Shown here: piece by piece, positions 1-11,900 of the stretch | How positions within the stretch are numbered: position 1 is the first letter of the stretch | Layout of the letters: each line of letters begins with the position of its first letter | From: Macrostomum lignano | Taxonomy: Eukaryota | Assembly (NCBI GenBank): GCA_002269645.1 | Contig: NIVC01000990.1 | Coordinates: forward strand, 327,554 to 391,553 | Direction: 5' to 3' | DNA: 64,000 nt | Program-made: the position numbers and the translations under genes | Notes under the pieces: generated by a model | The model's input: the letters and a program-made list of their open reading frames with translations, nothing else | The model's database searches: none | Told to the model about the DNA's origin: nothing

Positions 1-1221
1 TGTCTTATAATCTCCTTTATACAATCTCATTTAAATGATTATAGAATAAAAGTGAATATATAGGCTCTATTTTTTCGTTTTGCATGCATTAGGTGACATT
101 TTTTGCTTGATATATTGTTTGCAATAAAACAAGAAATACAATTACTATATTACATCTTTTGATAAATTATGCTGCTTTTTTCATCATTTTAATAGAGATC
201 ATAATATGAAACTGAATACAATTAGGCATTAAAAGATAAAAGAATAACAAATTTCTTATCAAAAGATCTCTTGAAGTTTAAAAAGTTGTTTATAAATTGA
301 CTATTATTCTTGGACTCAATTGCAAGAAAAGAATTATTGCACTTCATAAGTAAAAATGATTGCAATAGATCAGAAAATGATTATTTTATTAATTGAAACA
401 TTGATTATTATTGTAATAGGTAAAAAATAATTATTCAACTAGATTGAAAAAGGATTCTTGCACTGGATAAGAAAAAGATTATTGCACTAGATAAAAAACA
501 AATGATTGCACTAGAGCTCACTAGTTGAAAATGAATTATTGTACTGCCATTAGCTAAAAAATGATTATTGCAATACTTGAGAAAGGGATTATTTCACTAG
601 CTTGCTATCTAGGACATTCTTGCTATTTGGGGGGAGGGGTTTTTATCTAGGTATGCTTGCTCAAGAGGATTGCTGAGATGTCAAGGTTTATTGTATGAAA
701 TTGTTAAGACATCAAGGCTTACTCTGGGGGGGGGAATTGCTAAGAGGTCAAGGCTTATGGTGGGATTGCTTAGGTGTCAAGGTAAATAGGATTCACAAAT
801 AATTTTTGTCCCTTGCTAAAAACATCAATTTTGCAACCTTAACTATTTATACTGACTTTATTGGCTAGGTTAGTTAGCTGTTACACATGCATATCTTGAA
901 TGGTAGAAATAGGCTTCTGTGCCATTTGAATTTTATATGTTCATAGTTTTTTTAAATTGAAGGATTTTAAACATGTTTAAGTGTGTAGGCATGCCGATTG
1001 ATTTTGCCATCTATGAGCCATACATTGATCCATATTTGCTCCAGTAAGGAGTTCAACAGCAGGACATTTACCATGTGTGCAAATTGTATATACAAATTGT
1101 CAAATATTACAACAAAATTTCTCTGGGAAAAAACTCCAGAACACACTTGGGGGATCTCATAGACCCCTTTGAAAAAATATTTGCCTTTTACAACTGTACA
1201 TGTGTTCCAGCTGCCAACTCA

Positions 1222-3686
1222 ATGAACCAACAGCAGCAATTGTCTGAGCTGCCTCAGTCACCACAACTGCAGCATCAGCATCAAGACGATGAGTCTTTAT
1301 CCCACTCATCCTCTCCATCTCAAGCAATCCGAACTGCTCAATCATCGACCTCAACAAGTGGCAGATCGTCATCCAAGGGTAGCGGTGGCGGTGGCGGATT
1401 AAAAGCGCCCAAACCGCCAGACAGACCACTGATGCCCTACATGCGATATAGCCAGCGGGTTTGGGATCAGGTGAGCAAAGTTGCTTTTTTAGTATTTGAC
1501 ACTCAGATTAAAGTCAGTTTTAGTAGCACATGATTATAGTCCCAAATCTAATAGTACATGATTATAATCCCAAATTTACATATATTTATCGTAATCATAC
1601 ATGATTATTATCTCAAAACTATATATGATACATGATTATAATCCCACATGTATTAGTACATGATTATATTCCCAAATGTATTAGTACATGATTATATTCC
1701 CAAATTTATTAGTACATGATTATATTCCCAAATGTATTAGTGCATGATGGCCTTGATGGAGTGATGGAGTTGTGAGATGGCCTTGTTGAAGACAATTTAA
1801 CCACGCTACCCAGTACTGACTGTACATTCCCACACATCAGCCCAAGTCACGTGTTGACATCCTGACCTCCCTACCAACCCCTAAAACCAGGTGAAGCAGT
1901 CCAATCCTGGCCTGAAATTCTGGGAGGTCGGCCAGGTGATTGGTCGGATGTGGCGGGAACTGGACGAAGACTCCAAACAGCAGCTGGCTGCCGAATATGC
2001 TGCAGACAAGGCCGCCCACGCAGAGGCCATGGAGCGGTATCGGCAGTCGCCCGAGTACCAGGCCTGGCTGGCTGCCAAAGAGCGCGAGAAGCAACTATTC
2101 GAGCAGCAACAACAGGAGGAGCAGTTGCGGCAGCAGCAACAGCAGCGTCAATCGTTAAAAGAGATTTTAGACGCGGCGGATACTTTGCCACTGCCCAGCG
2201 GCCCGGTTAGTGTCGGATTACGAGCTAGTTATCTCGCGCTGTTTTAAATTCAAAATTGTTTATTTTTCTAGGAAACAACATGCTCTTTAATATTTAGTAA
2301 TCGCCTCTCTCTTTCAAAAAAATGTGTGTTCATTTCTTTCAAGGATTCCGTTGTACATTAATGAATCTGTGTCATCGATTTCTTGGAATAAGCTATCGAT
2401 TTCTTGGATAATCTATTGATTTCTTGAAATAAGCTATCGATTTCCTAAAATAAGCTATCGATTTCTTGGAATAAGCTATCGATTTCCTAAAATAAGCTAT
2501 CGATTTCTTGGAATAAGCTATCGATATTTTGAATAAAGCTATCGTTTTCTTGGAATAAACTATCGATTTCTTGGAATAAGCTATCATTTCTTGGAATAAG
2601 CTATCGATTTCTTGGAATAAGCTATCGATTTTTTGGGGAAAACTATCGATTTCTTGGAATTATCTGTCGATTTCTGTGAAATCATTCTTTTAATTTCTTC
2701 CTCCAGCTAAACTTAATGCAACTCGATGCTTATAATGTTACTTTCAGCCCCAGCTTCATCTGCAGCTTCCTGTTCAGCAGGCGGCGTCCGTCGCTTCTGT
2801 CGCCGAGCAGCCTCCAAAAGTCGTCGCTGACAACAAAGACCTCCTCAAACAGGAGCGCCACGTTGCCGATGGCAGCTACAAAGATTTTAACGATGATTTC
2901 GACAACAACGACGACGACGGTAGCGATGAAGCCCGCAGCATCCGACGCGAGGCGGCCAGCCGCTACCGGCGGAACCACCGCCTGCTCATGCAGCTGCTGT
3001 CGCCAGACTGTTGCCTCCCGTCGCTGCCGCCGCCGTCGCCGCAGGCTCTGCTAGCCGCAATGTCGCCGCACCGGCTTCACCAGCAGTTCCTGTTGGAGCG
3101 TCGGCTCTTGACCGCCGCGCACGAGCTGCGCCAGCTGGAGTCGGCCGGCGAGTCCCGACTGCGCCGGTTCCGCGCTCTGGCCGACGCCCACGCCGCCGCC
3201 TGGTCGGCCGTTCCTAGCGCCGTTCCTAGCGCCGATTCTGGCGCCAGCAGCGGCGGCGCCGTCCGGTTCATCGGCGAAACTGTCGGTCCGGCCAGCCCGC
3301 CGCCACCGCCGCCGCAGCCTCCGCAGCAGCCGCATCAAACCATGCCGCCGCCGCCAGCCCCGTCGTCGCAGCTGCAGTCTTCAAAAGCTTCGTCAACAAC
3401 GCCGAAGCGGCAGCCAAAAGCCAAAACTGCTGCTGCTGCTGCTGTTGCCGGAGGCGGAAGCGGCCGGGCAAAACCGGGCAGGAAGCGGGCCCAGCCTCCG
3501 CCGCCGCCGCCGCCGCCTCCGCCCCAGCCGCAGCAGCAGCAGGTGCAGCTGTCGCTGTATCGACAGGCGCCGCCGTCGGTCTCTGGCCAACTGCCGGTCG
3601 CGGCTGCTCCGGCAGCTCAGCCTCTGTTCCAGTCGGGCCAGCAGCTGTTCCAGTCCACTCAGTCTGGCGTGGTGTCTCTGGCTATT

Positions 3687-3718
<32 letters not shown>

Positions 3719-3740
3719 GCAGCATTTTCACCTACAATAG
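1222..3740 (+). CDS. SMARCE1: SMARCE1/BAF57-like HMG-box SWI/SNF subunit, divergent; exons 1222-1470, 1891-2205, 2748-3740 (about 518 aa; an upstream exon is possible because of the AG at 1209-1210)
   Basis: Spliced translation gives [23 protein letters not shown]|[24 protein letters not shown] (BAF57 HMG box). Exon 3 gives [14 protein letters not shown] (NHRLI motif) followed by a coiled-coil stretch. Donors are GTGAGC at 1471 and GTTAGT at 2206; acceptors end at 1890 and 2747; all introns are phase 0. Confidence 0.85.
1528..1748. repeat. about 28-bp minisatellite (TACATGATTATATTCCCAAATGTATTAG), about 7 copies, in SMARCE1 intron 1
   Basis: Direct tandem units are visible; the 5' copies are degenerate. 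Confidence 0.85.
2375..2665. repeat. 21-bp minisatellite (TCGATTTCTTGGAATAAGCTA), about 13 copies, in SMARCE1 intron 2
   Basis: Direct tandem units; explains the spurious YSKKSIA ORF. Confidence 0.92.
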
Positions 3741-3823
3741 TCAAAGCTTTCATATCCATACTCAGATTTTATAATTTTCTCTAGATTAATTGAAAATTCA
3801 AACCATTAGTCTATCGTAGTTTT

Positions 3824-3864
3824 TAGATAGACAGATAGATAGATAGATAGATAGATAGACAGAC

Positions 3865-3920
<56 letters not shown>

Positions 3921-3941
3921 GGAAAGATAGATAGGTAGATG

Positions 3942-3984
<43 letters not shown>

Positions 3985-3993
3985 GGATGGATG

Positions 3994-4052
<59 letters not shown>

Positions 4053-4105
4053 GGATAGATATATAGATAGATAGATAGATAGATAGATGGATAGATAGAT
4101 AGATG

Positions 4106-4152
<47 letters not shown>

Positions 4153-4197
4153 GGAAAGATAGATAGATAGGTAGATAGATAGATAGATAGATAGATG

Positions 4198-4232
<35 letters not shown>

Positions 4233-4241
4233 GGATGGATG

Positions 4242-4308
<67 letters not shown>

Positions 4309-4329
4309 GGAAAGATAGATAGATAGATG

Positions 4330-4388
<59 letters not shown>

Positions 4389-4397
4389 GGATGGATG

Positions 4398-4464
<67 letters not shown>

Positions 4465-4489
4465 GGATAGATATATAGATAGATAGATG

Positions 4490-4548
<59 letters not shown>

Positions 4549-4633
4549 GGAAAGATAGATAGATAGGTAGATAGATAGATAGATAGATAGATAGATGGAA
4601 AGATAGATAGATAGATAGATAGATGGATGGATG

Positions 4634-4671
<38 letters not shown>

Positions 4672-4746
4672 CAGACAGATAGATAGATAGATAGATAGAT
4701 AGATGGATGGATGGATGGATAGATAGATAGATAAGTAGATAGATAG
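3824..4746. repeat. (GATA)n microsatellite with GGAAA/GATG/GACA interruptions
   Basis: About 920 bp of TAGA repeats. Confidence 0.98.
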
Positions 4747-5145
4747 GTCGACAGTTAGACAGATAAATAAACTAGAATCGAACCCATTCTAATTCCATGC
4801 GTCAATACTTCCGCTTTAGTTCATTTGCGTTTATATTTTTGCTCAGTTGTTAAGATTCTCTGTTTCTATTGCCAAAGAGTTCTTTGCTATTAGTTAAAAT
4901 GCCTAATTCTAAATTTCTAGTTCTGAGGGTAAACTTTTGCGTTATCTTGTTTTGGCTAGCCAGTATCGATTTAATCGAATAAAACTCAGCTCACGTGCCA
5001 GCTAAAAATTTCACGTTTTAGATTCTGATTTTTGTAACACCTCACTGCAGTGCTAACAGTTACTCGATGTGGAGCTTCATGGTATCGAGATTTGTATCCA
5101 TGCTAACAATTCATTACATTTGCTAATTACGATGTCACTTATTTT

Positions 5146-5674
5146 CTCATCCATTGAGCATAGATTAGCAATCCATGGTATAGCTCTTCATCTATTGGGC
5201 ATAGATTAGCAATCCATGATGTACTTTCTCATCCATGGGGCATAAATTAGCAATCCATGATGTACTGCCTCATCCATTGGGCATAGATTAGCAATCCATG
5301 ATGTACTGCCTCATCCATTGGGCATAGATTAGCAATCCATGATGTACTGCCTCATCCATTGGGCATAGATTAGCAATCCATGATGTACTGCCTCATCCAT
5401 TGGGCATAGATTAGCAATCCATGATGTACTGCCTCATCCATTGGGCATAGATTAGCAATCCATGATGTACTGCCTCATCCATTGGGCATAGATTAGCAAT
5501 CCATGATGTACTGCCTCATCCATTGGGCATAGATAAGCAATCCATGATGTACTTCTTCACCCATTGGGCATAGATTAGCAATCCATGATGTACTTTCTCA
5601 TCCATTGGGCATAGATTAGCAATCCATGGTATAGCTCCTCATCTATTGAGCATAGATTAGCAATCCATGATGTA
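5146..5674. repeat. 41-bp minisatellite (GCATAGATTAGCAATCCATGATGTACTGCCTCATCCATTGG), about 13 copies
   Basis: Near-identical core copies with degenerate edge copies. Confidence 0.95.
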
Positions 5675-6220
5675 GTTGAGCAGAAACTGGTCCAGCTACA
5701 GTCACAGAGCTTCCATCAAGCAGGCTCGCTAAAATTCATCATAAATTTCATAATAAATTTAAGTGGCTTAATTCCAGAGCTTCTAGATTTTATCGATGTA
5801 TTGAGAAATTTTTGAGTAGACTATCGGTTATATGTTTACTAATTGTTTAAACTGACTAGCGCTTCCAATAGCCAAGCATTGGCCACGATTTCTTGTTTCA
5901 TTTCTCTTCACTACATTCAATATTTTGCCAATTGTTTTGTTGTCAACTTTTTGTTAGTTATTAATTAACAATTATTAGTTTGTCAGTATTTTTCATCGCT
6001 GCAATATTTTTTCATATCTCCCTAACTCTGTTTTGCCTTCCACAGAAATTTATGCATGCCAAATTTCCCTAGAATACAAAATTAAAAGCTCAGTTTAGAT
6101 TATTAAATTTCTCTAATGCTGCAACTTTGTTCTTTGATTTTGCTGATGCAGACTGTTTCTGCATCAGAGACTAAAATAGATATATTCTTTTTTGTCTTGC
6201 TTTTATTTTTCTGTTCTGCT

Positions 6221-6640
6221 TTGTGTCATCAGGATAGGAGTACTTTGTGTCATCTAAATAAGAGTACATTGTGTCATCTAAATAGAAGTAGATTGTCATC
6301 AGAATAGAAGTACATTGTGTCATCTAAATAGAAGTAGATTGTCATCAGAATAGAAGTACATTGTGTCATCTAAATAGGAGTACATTGTCATCAGAATAGA
6401 AGTACATTGTGTCATCTAAATAGGAGTAGATTGTGTCATCAGAATAGAAGTACATTGTGTCATCTAAATAGGAGTAGATTGTCATCAGAATAGAAGTACA
6501 TTGTGTCATCTAAATAGGAGTAGATTGTCATCAGAATAGAAGTACATTGTGTCATCTAAATAGGAGTAGATTGTGTCATCAGAATAGGAGTACATTGTGT
6601 CTCCTATAGGTCATCTAAATAGGAGTAGATTGTCAGAATA
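6221..6640. repeat. 46-bp dimeric minisatellite (24-bp + 22-bp GTCATC-led subunits)
   Basis: GTCATCAGAATAGAAGTACATTGT alternates with GTCATCTAAATAG(A/G)AGTAGATT; period of 46 measured from 6301 to 6347. Confidence 0.9.
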
Positions 6641-7049
6641 TAAGAGGAGCACGACTAAAGTGCTTTCGAGGCGTCCCTGGGCATCCTGCATGATCACAAG
6701 TCCAGGGCACCGGAAGGACTAGAATGATGAATAGATCGAGCTCGACTGAGTTGCTTGCTATGTCTGTCTTGAAGACAAGAGACACTAATTGCATTGCATG
6801 AGATGCATTGCTTTACTCGTAATTAGACCTGCTAGACTCGCCCCAAATTTTGTTTTGTTATTGTCCCCGGGGGCAGCAGCAGCTTCAAATATGCGAGCAA
6901 CTAGTTGGTTTGCTTAAAAGAAACCAAATTCGCAATCTACGGCTCGTACTTTTAAACAGGGCTGTTTTGCTAACCTACCATTTGTGTGCCAGTTAGTTTG
7001 CAGGGCGTCAAATAAAACTCCAACTCCGTTAGCCTTGAGCACACAGATA

Positions 7050-7195
7050 TAAGTACATGTACGCAGGCACGCTCTATCGATGGATGTACAGCCGTCCTGA
7101 CTCTCCTATCGTCAGGCAGTGTACACTCTCTATGCCTCGGGCGGGCTGGCCAACATGGAATGGAATTGTGCAACGAACCCCGGGCCAAATTATTG
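7050..7195 (-). mobile_element. Old, diverged fragment of the tRNA-derived SINE (body region)
   Basis: Aligns by eye to the reverse complement of 23800-23940 (TGTACAGC..TATCGTCAGGCA.TGTACACT..TGCCT..TGGCCA..AATTGT). Confidence 0.6.
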
Positions 7196-7524
7196 TGGCC
7201 GGGCCTGGAGAGTCGACCCTGAGTACTTCGGTACAAGTGTCAGACTTTTATGAGCCATTGGCACAGCATCACCGAGAAAGAAAGAGACAGTGAGGAGGGG
7301 GCACAGTGCGAATCTTGCGCTAACTTGAAGTGCATCTGAGAATTTTCCATTTAGAATTGTTTACCGCACTCGGAATTGGAAAATTCCACAGGCCATGCAG
7401 CCCCTTCAATTTCAATGGAATAAAAAAGTGGTCCGATGCGGATACCACAGAGAGACGCGATGCGAGATGAGTGCGGGCACAATCTGTATAAATAGGATAG
7501 AAGTTGAGAGTAGAAATGCGCCGC

Positions 7525-7621
7525 TATAAACTGGTTAAAGAACTGTTTTAAGCGGACTGCTCACTACCGGCACTGCTGCGCTGCTTTCTGCTAATCGCTG
7601 CTAACAACAGAGGAGGTAGGT
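7525..7621 (+). promoter_or_regulatory. Candidate TATA box, initiator and short non-coding exon ending at a splice donor
   Basis: TATAAA at 7525-7530, TCACT at 7561 and GAG|GTAGGT at 7615/7616, followed by a T-rich intron-like stretch. Motif evidence only. Confidence 0.3.
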
Positions 7622-7782
7622 GAAACTTTTGAATTTTTTTCTTTTTGATTATGTTTTTTTATTTCCGACTGATTTTGATCAAAATATCGGTTTATATTCT
7701 AACAAATTCGAACTTGGAAGAACTTGAAAGATGATTCATTTTTGCTGTGTAATCGCAGAGCTTCATGACCTCTGATCATGCA

Positions 7783-7945
7783 GCGACTTTGTCTCACAAC
7801 CAGCACTGAGGCAACTCTGCCCATTCCGCTGGACTCCTAAGGACATACAAGCGCGCCGATACTGTACGCAGGCACGCACTCATACACACGCTCACACAGG
7901 GTGTACAGCGGCCCTTTGACTTTCTAATCGTCAGGCTTGATGTCC
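7783..7945 (-). mobile_element. Diverged fragment of the tRNA-derived SINE (3' half)
   Basis: CAGCGACTTTGTC..CATTCCGC..CATACAAGCGCGC.GAT..CTCACACAGG.TGTACAGCGGCCC matches the reverse complement of 23870-24025. Confidence 0.7.
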
Positions 7946-7989
7946 TGCTGCCCCAGAGTCGTGGCGCCGAGAAAAGGCCTTTAGCAAAC

Positions 7990-8655
7990 AACTTACCAAA
8001 GTGCTTTGCAAATCTTCTGATGCTAGGAGTTCCTCTTGAGATTCTCGACGGCGACGCTGGAAACATCCCGTCTGCCTGGATCTCTGCTATCCTCAACAGC
8101 TGCCAGGAGCTGGTCGGTGACAAGAAGATCTACGTTATCTCCGTGCTCGGTCTGCAGAGCTCAGGCAAGTCCACTCTGCTCAACACCATGTTCGGACTGA
8201 AGTTCGCAGTGAGCGCAGGTCGCTGCACTCGAGGCGCATTTCTGCAGCTGGTTCCGGTGGAGTCGGGAATGCCGTTCGACTATGTCGCTGTGCTCGACAC
8301 CGAGGGTCTTAGAGCTCCGGAGCTGGGTCTGGACAAGCATCACCATGACAACGAGCTGGCTACACTGGTCCTCGGACTGGGCGACGTGACCATCATCAAC
8401 ATCAAAGGAGAGAACGCTGCGGAGATGAATGAGATTCTGCAGGTTGCGATTCACGCCTTCATCAGGATGAAAATGGCAAAGAAAGATCGAGATCTGCACA
8501 GACACTGCATCTTCATACACCAGAATGTAGCAGCGGCTGGAGCAAAAGAGATGATGCAGGAAGCGACATTTTGTAACTTTGTAACGCTCTACCTTTTGCT
8601 GAATATGCCCGCACTCTTTATAAAGTGTAGTTACAGTTGCAATACCATGTTTTAG
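7990..8655 (+). pseudogene. Partial VLIG paralog containing the G-domain core (8026-8570, about 96% identical to 13411-13955), open reading frame
   Basis: GLQSSGKS (P-loop), AGRCTRG, DTEG and HQNV are all present with no stop or indel. Homology ends abruptly at 8570. Confidence 0.85.
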
Positions 8656-8914
8656 TTCTGATGCCAGCTATTGAAAAGTTTATGTATCTGTTTATTTGGT
8701 TTTATTTATTTCTTCGTATTCCTTTAATTATGAATTACGTAAGGCACAGTGTATAATAGTTTTCTTGAAAGCAGTTTATTCGCTATGGATATAAATTTAT
8801 CAAAATTTAGGTAACAAAGTCCGTGTTTTAATCGATTTTGATGAACCGAAACCATCCCAATATACATTTTCCGTTCCAGCTGTTTAATAGCCTGAAACAA
8901 GTCAAAACAGACAC

Positions 8915-11900
8915 ATGGCGGAGGGGCATCCAAGATGCCCCCGGTGCAGCGAACCGATTCTCCGTGCTGACGCTCAGAACGCAGCCGGCCTGAGCTGGCA
9001 CAAACGCTGCCTGCGGTGCGGTAACGGTAAGTGAACCAACGATCGTGGCAGTCTAACCAGTTACGAGCTAGCTTTCATATCATACCGCACACTTTTGCTT
9101 ACACCTGCATATTCAATGCGCGGCACTTTATAAAAATTCTGAATCTGTAAGAGATCATTGTTTTTGTTTTTTACATTTGGATAGTTACTGACTTCGTAGT
9201 TACGAGGCCCCTATCGCAACCCCAAGGTAAAGGGTGCACTCAGCCCCCGCCAGTAGTCGGCATGTTCGCTGAGGGGGCATCGGCGATATTCATCGAGTCG
9301 GTATCTTGAACGAAGACGAAGAGATCACGGATGTCGACCAGCAAGATTGTCAGCTCGTCCATCCACTGGAGTTTGTCGAGGTGTTTGTACCGCGCCTTAT
9401 TGAAGTAAGGACAGAAGGTGACGTGATGCTCCGCGGTCTCCTCTTCTATGCCACAAAAGACGGTCGGTCTATGCCTTGAGGTCGGTTCTGCTAAGTGAGA
9501 TCAGATAATCTGCAGAGACTTTCCTGTTCTGGTTAGGCATTGTAGACCGGGTCTGCCTGTAGTCGGTGCAACTGTTCCAGTGGAGTTTGTGTTGCTGGTG
9601 GAGCCACCTGGATTTGTGGCCTAGGCTGGGTAGCCTCATCCGATGGTGGTTGCAGTCTTGGTTGCTGCCCTCTTTGGTGAGAGCATCTGCGAGCTCGTTG
9701 CCCAGGATATTGTTGTGACCGGATGTCCAGATGGTACTCGTACTGCAGACTGGCTTTAGTAGAGGTGAGAGAAGGCTTGACCACTACACAGCTTTGAGTG
9801 TCAATATATATTTAGTGATCAATATTTGTGTGGGGTGGGCTTGCGCCGCGCGGGGGGCGGCGGGAAGTCAGCTGTCGGCAGGCGCTTGAGGTTCATGATG
9901 CGGCGCATACCTGCACCTACCGCTGGAACATCAGCTCTGCAGAGGCCCTCCAGTGTTTGTGTGCGGCGTGCTACGGTAGGCCTCCAGCCAGTTTTAGAGT
10001 TGAACCAGTCGGATTTCTCAATGCTCGCGATGCTTTTTGATGGATGGTTGATGCGCTCGATGACTCAATTTGCTGCTGGCTGCTGGTGATGGGCGCTTTT
10101 GTTGCAGAGGAAGTCGTGGTAGGCTTGCGAGCTGAACGGAGGCCCGTTGTCTGAGACGAGCTGCGCTGGTCTGCCGAACGTGGAGAATAGCTTCCTTCCG
10201 TAGCTGCTTTGTGACGGCCTCGGCTGTCATGGACGACATGCGTACTACTATCTGGTAGCGGGAGAAATGGCGAGTAGATGCTTGTTTTGCACTGACCTAG
10301 TGAAGTAGGTTGTTTTTTATGAGGGCGATGGCCCTGGGGGTGTCGTTCACACAATGATACAGAGCCTGATAGCCTGGAGGCTTTCCCTTGGGGTTGTACC
10401 GCTCCTGGATGAGGTAGATGTCAACATCATTGTTGCCAAAGGTGTCTGAAAGGTTTCTAGAAGCTGCGAAAGCGAGGTTCAGGTTGATCTGAATAATGTA
10501 CAGGTAAACTGGTTACTTCGTCGCAGGCGGTTTATTTATCTGGTTGCGTGTGGCAGTGTCACCATTCGGCTGGCCTGCCCCTAGCTTGGCACAAGGTTTG
10601 GAACGGCATGACTCGTCCCCAGAGCGATCCGATCTCGCAAACTCCCCTCGGCGACGATCTCCGGCTGGGCGACGCCTGGGCAGCAGTTGAAAGACAATGC
10701 CGGTGTAGGCAGCAAAATCGCTTTTCTTCAGAGCGTCTTCCCACCCGCGGAGAAACTCTTGTACAGGCCAGGGTTTTGCCAGGGCATCTTTTGACTGAAT
10801 CTACTGAATTCTGTCCTAAGAGGTAGGTCGGGGTTCTTGCTGAGGAGCAGAGCTCGGGTCGCCCCGATGTTTCTTGAGCCACGAGGCTCAACGAGTCAAC
10901 GTTGAGAGGGGCGACTTTATTATCATTAAATATAGTTAATTTAATTTAATTCAAGTCGCTTTCTGGGAATGAAACTTAGCGACTATCTGTAGAAAGTAAA
11001 AAGTGAAAATTGCTTGAAAATTTCCACGAGTACTGTATGTTCTCAAGAAATACAATTAGAAAACAACTGCGTGAATACCTTTTCTGAGAATATACGCTCG
11101 TATCAGCGTATTTACTGCACGACTTGTGCAGAATAGATTCTTAAATTTTATACAGCATGCAAGAGACAGATATTTCCATTGACAATTTTAGATGCAGAAG
11201 TCCGTCTATCAAGTGCTGCATTGAAGGCCAAGGAAATGCTTTCGGAAAAGCATCCTGAATATGCATCCACTGCGTTTCTATACGTTATAGAGTCGTATTT
11301 AAGAAAGAAAAATATTGTTACATTGGACTCATTAGAAGCCATCGACTATGAGCTGATTAGGAAGCTCGCTGGAGATGAGGAAAGCAACCAAGTCTTGACG
11401 GATCTCTTTACTAAGCTGCATAAAATTATTAGGCCAACCAGTTCTGTCGCAGACAGAAAGAAAATGTTTGAGGCAATGACGCAACAAAATTCAAAGAAGC
11501 GATTCAGCACAATAAAGCAATCTGTTCCGGTACAGAAAGAGTTGGGTACATCGTCGACTACTCAACAATCGCTACCGCTATCCCCAAGGCCAGTGTCGAA
11601 GCTTGAACTTCCAGCGCCACCTGTTCCTACTCCTCCAAAAAGACAAGGCTCGATGCCAAATCGACCAAATGTCAACCCGCAGCCAACAACACCACGAGTT
11701 GCAGAACCGAGAAAGCCAATGAATTTTGGATCAGTTCAAGAAACTGTTGAACATCTCGGGTTGAAGTCTTATTATCCAGAGAGAATCTCGCGCAAGGATA
11801 TTCTTTTCGTCAGGAGAAGCCAAGACGAGCGCAGAAATTTGAAGGAAAATTCTGTTGCCTGGCAAGTCATCCGCGCACTCATCAGCTGCGACGCACAGGG

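Noticed and set aside
5146-6640. CRISPR-like arrays
   Set aside because: Head-to-tail tandem units without unique spacers, no cas genes, eukaryotic context; the same applies to all other arrays.
7840-7890. RTYKRADTVRRHALIH looked like half of a C2H2 zinc finger
   Set aside because: No upstream C-x2-C, and the same peptide arises from the antisense strand of the SINE at 23.9 kb.
9828-10040. LCAACYG as the missing second half of the LIM domain
   Set aside because: No compatible acceptor or LIM spacing upstream, and the segment lies within the antisense LINE relic.
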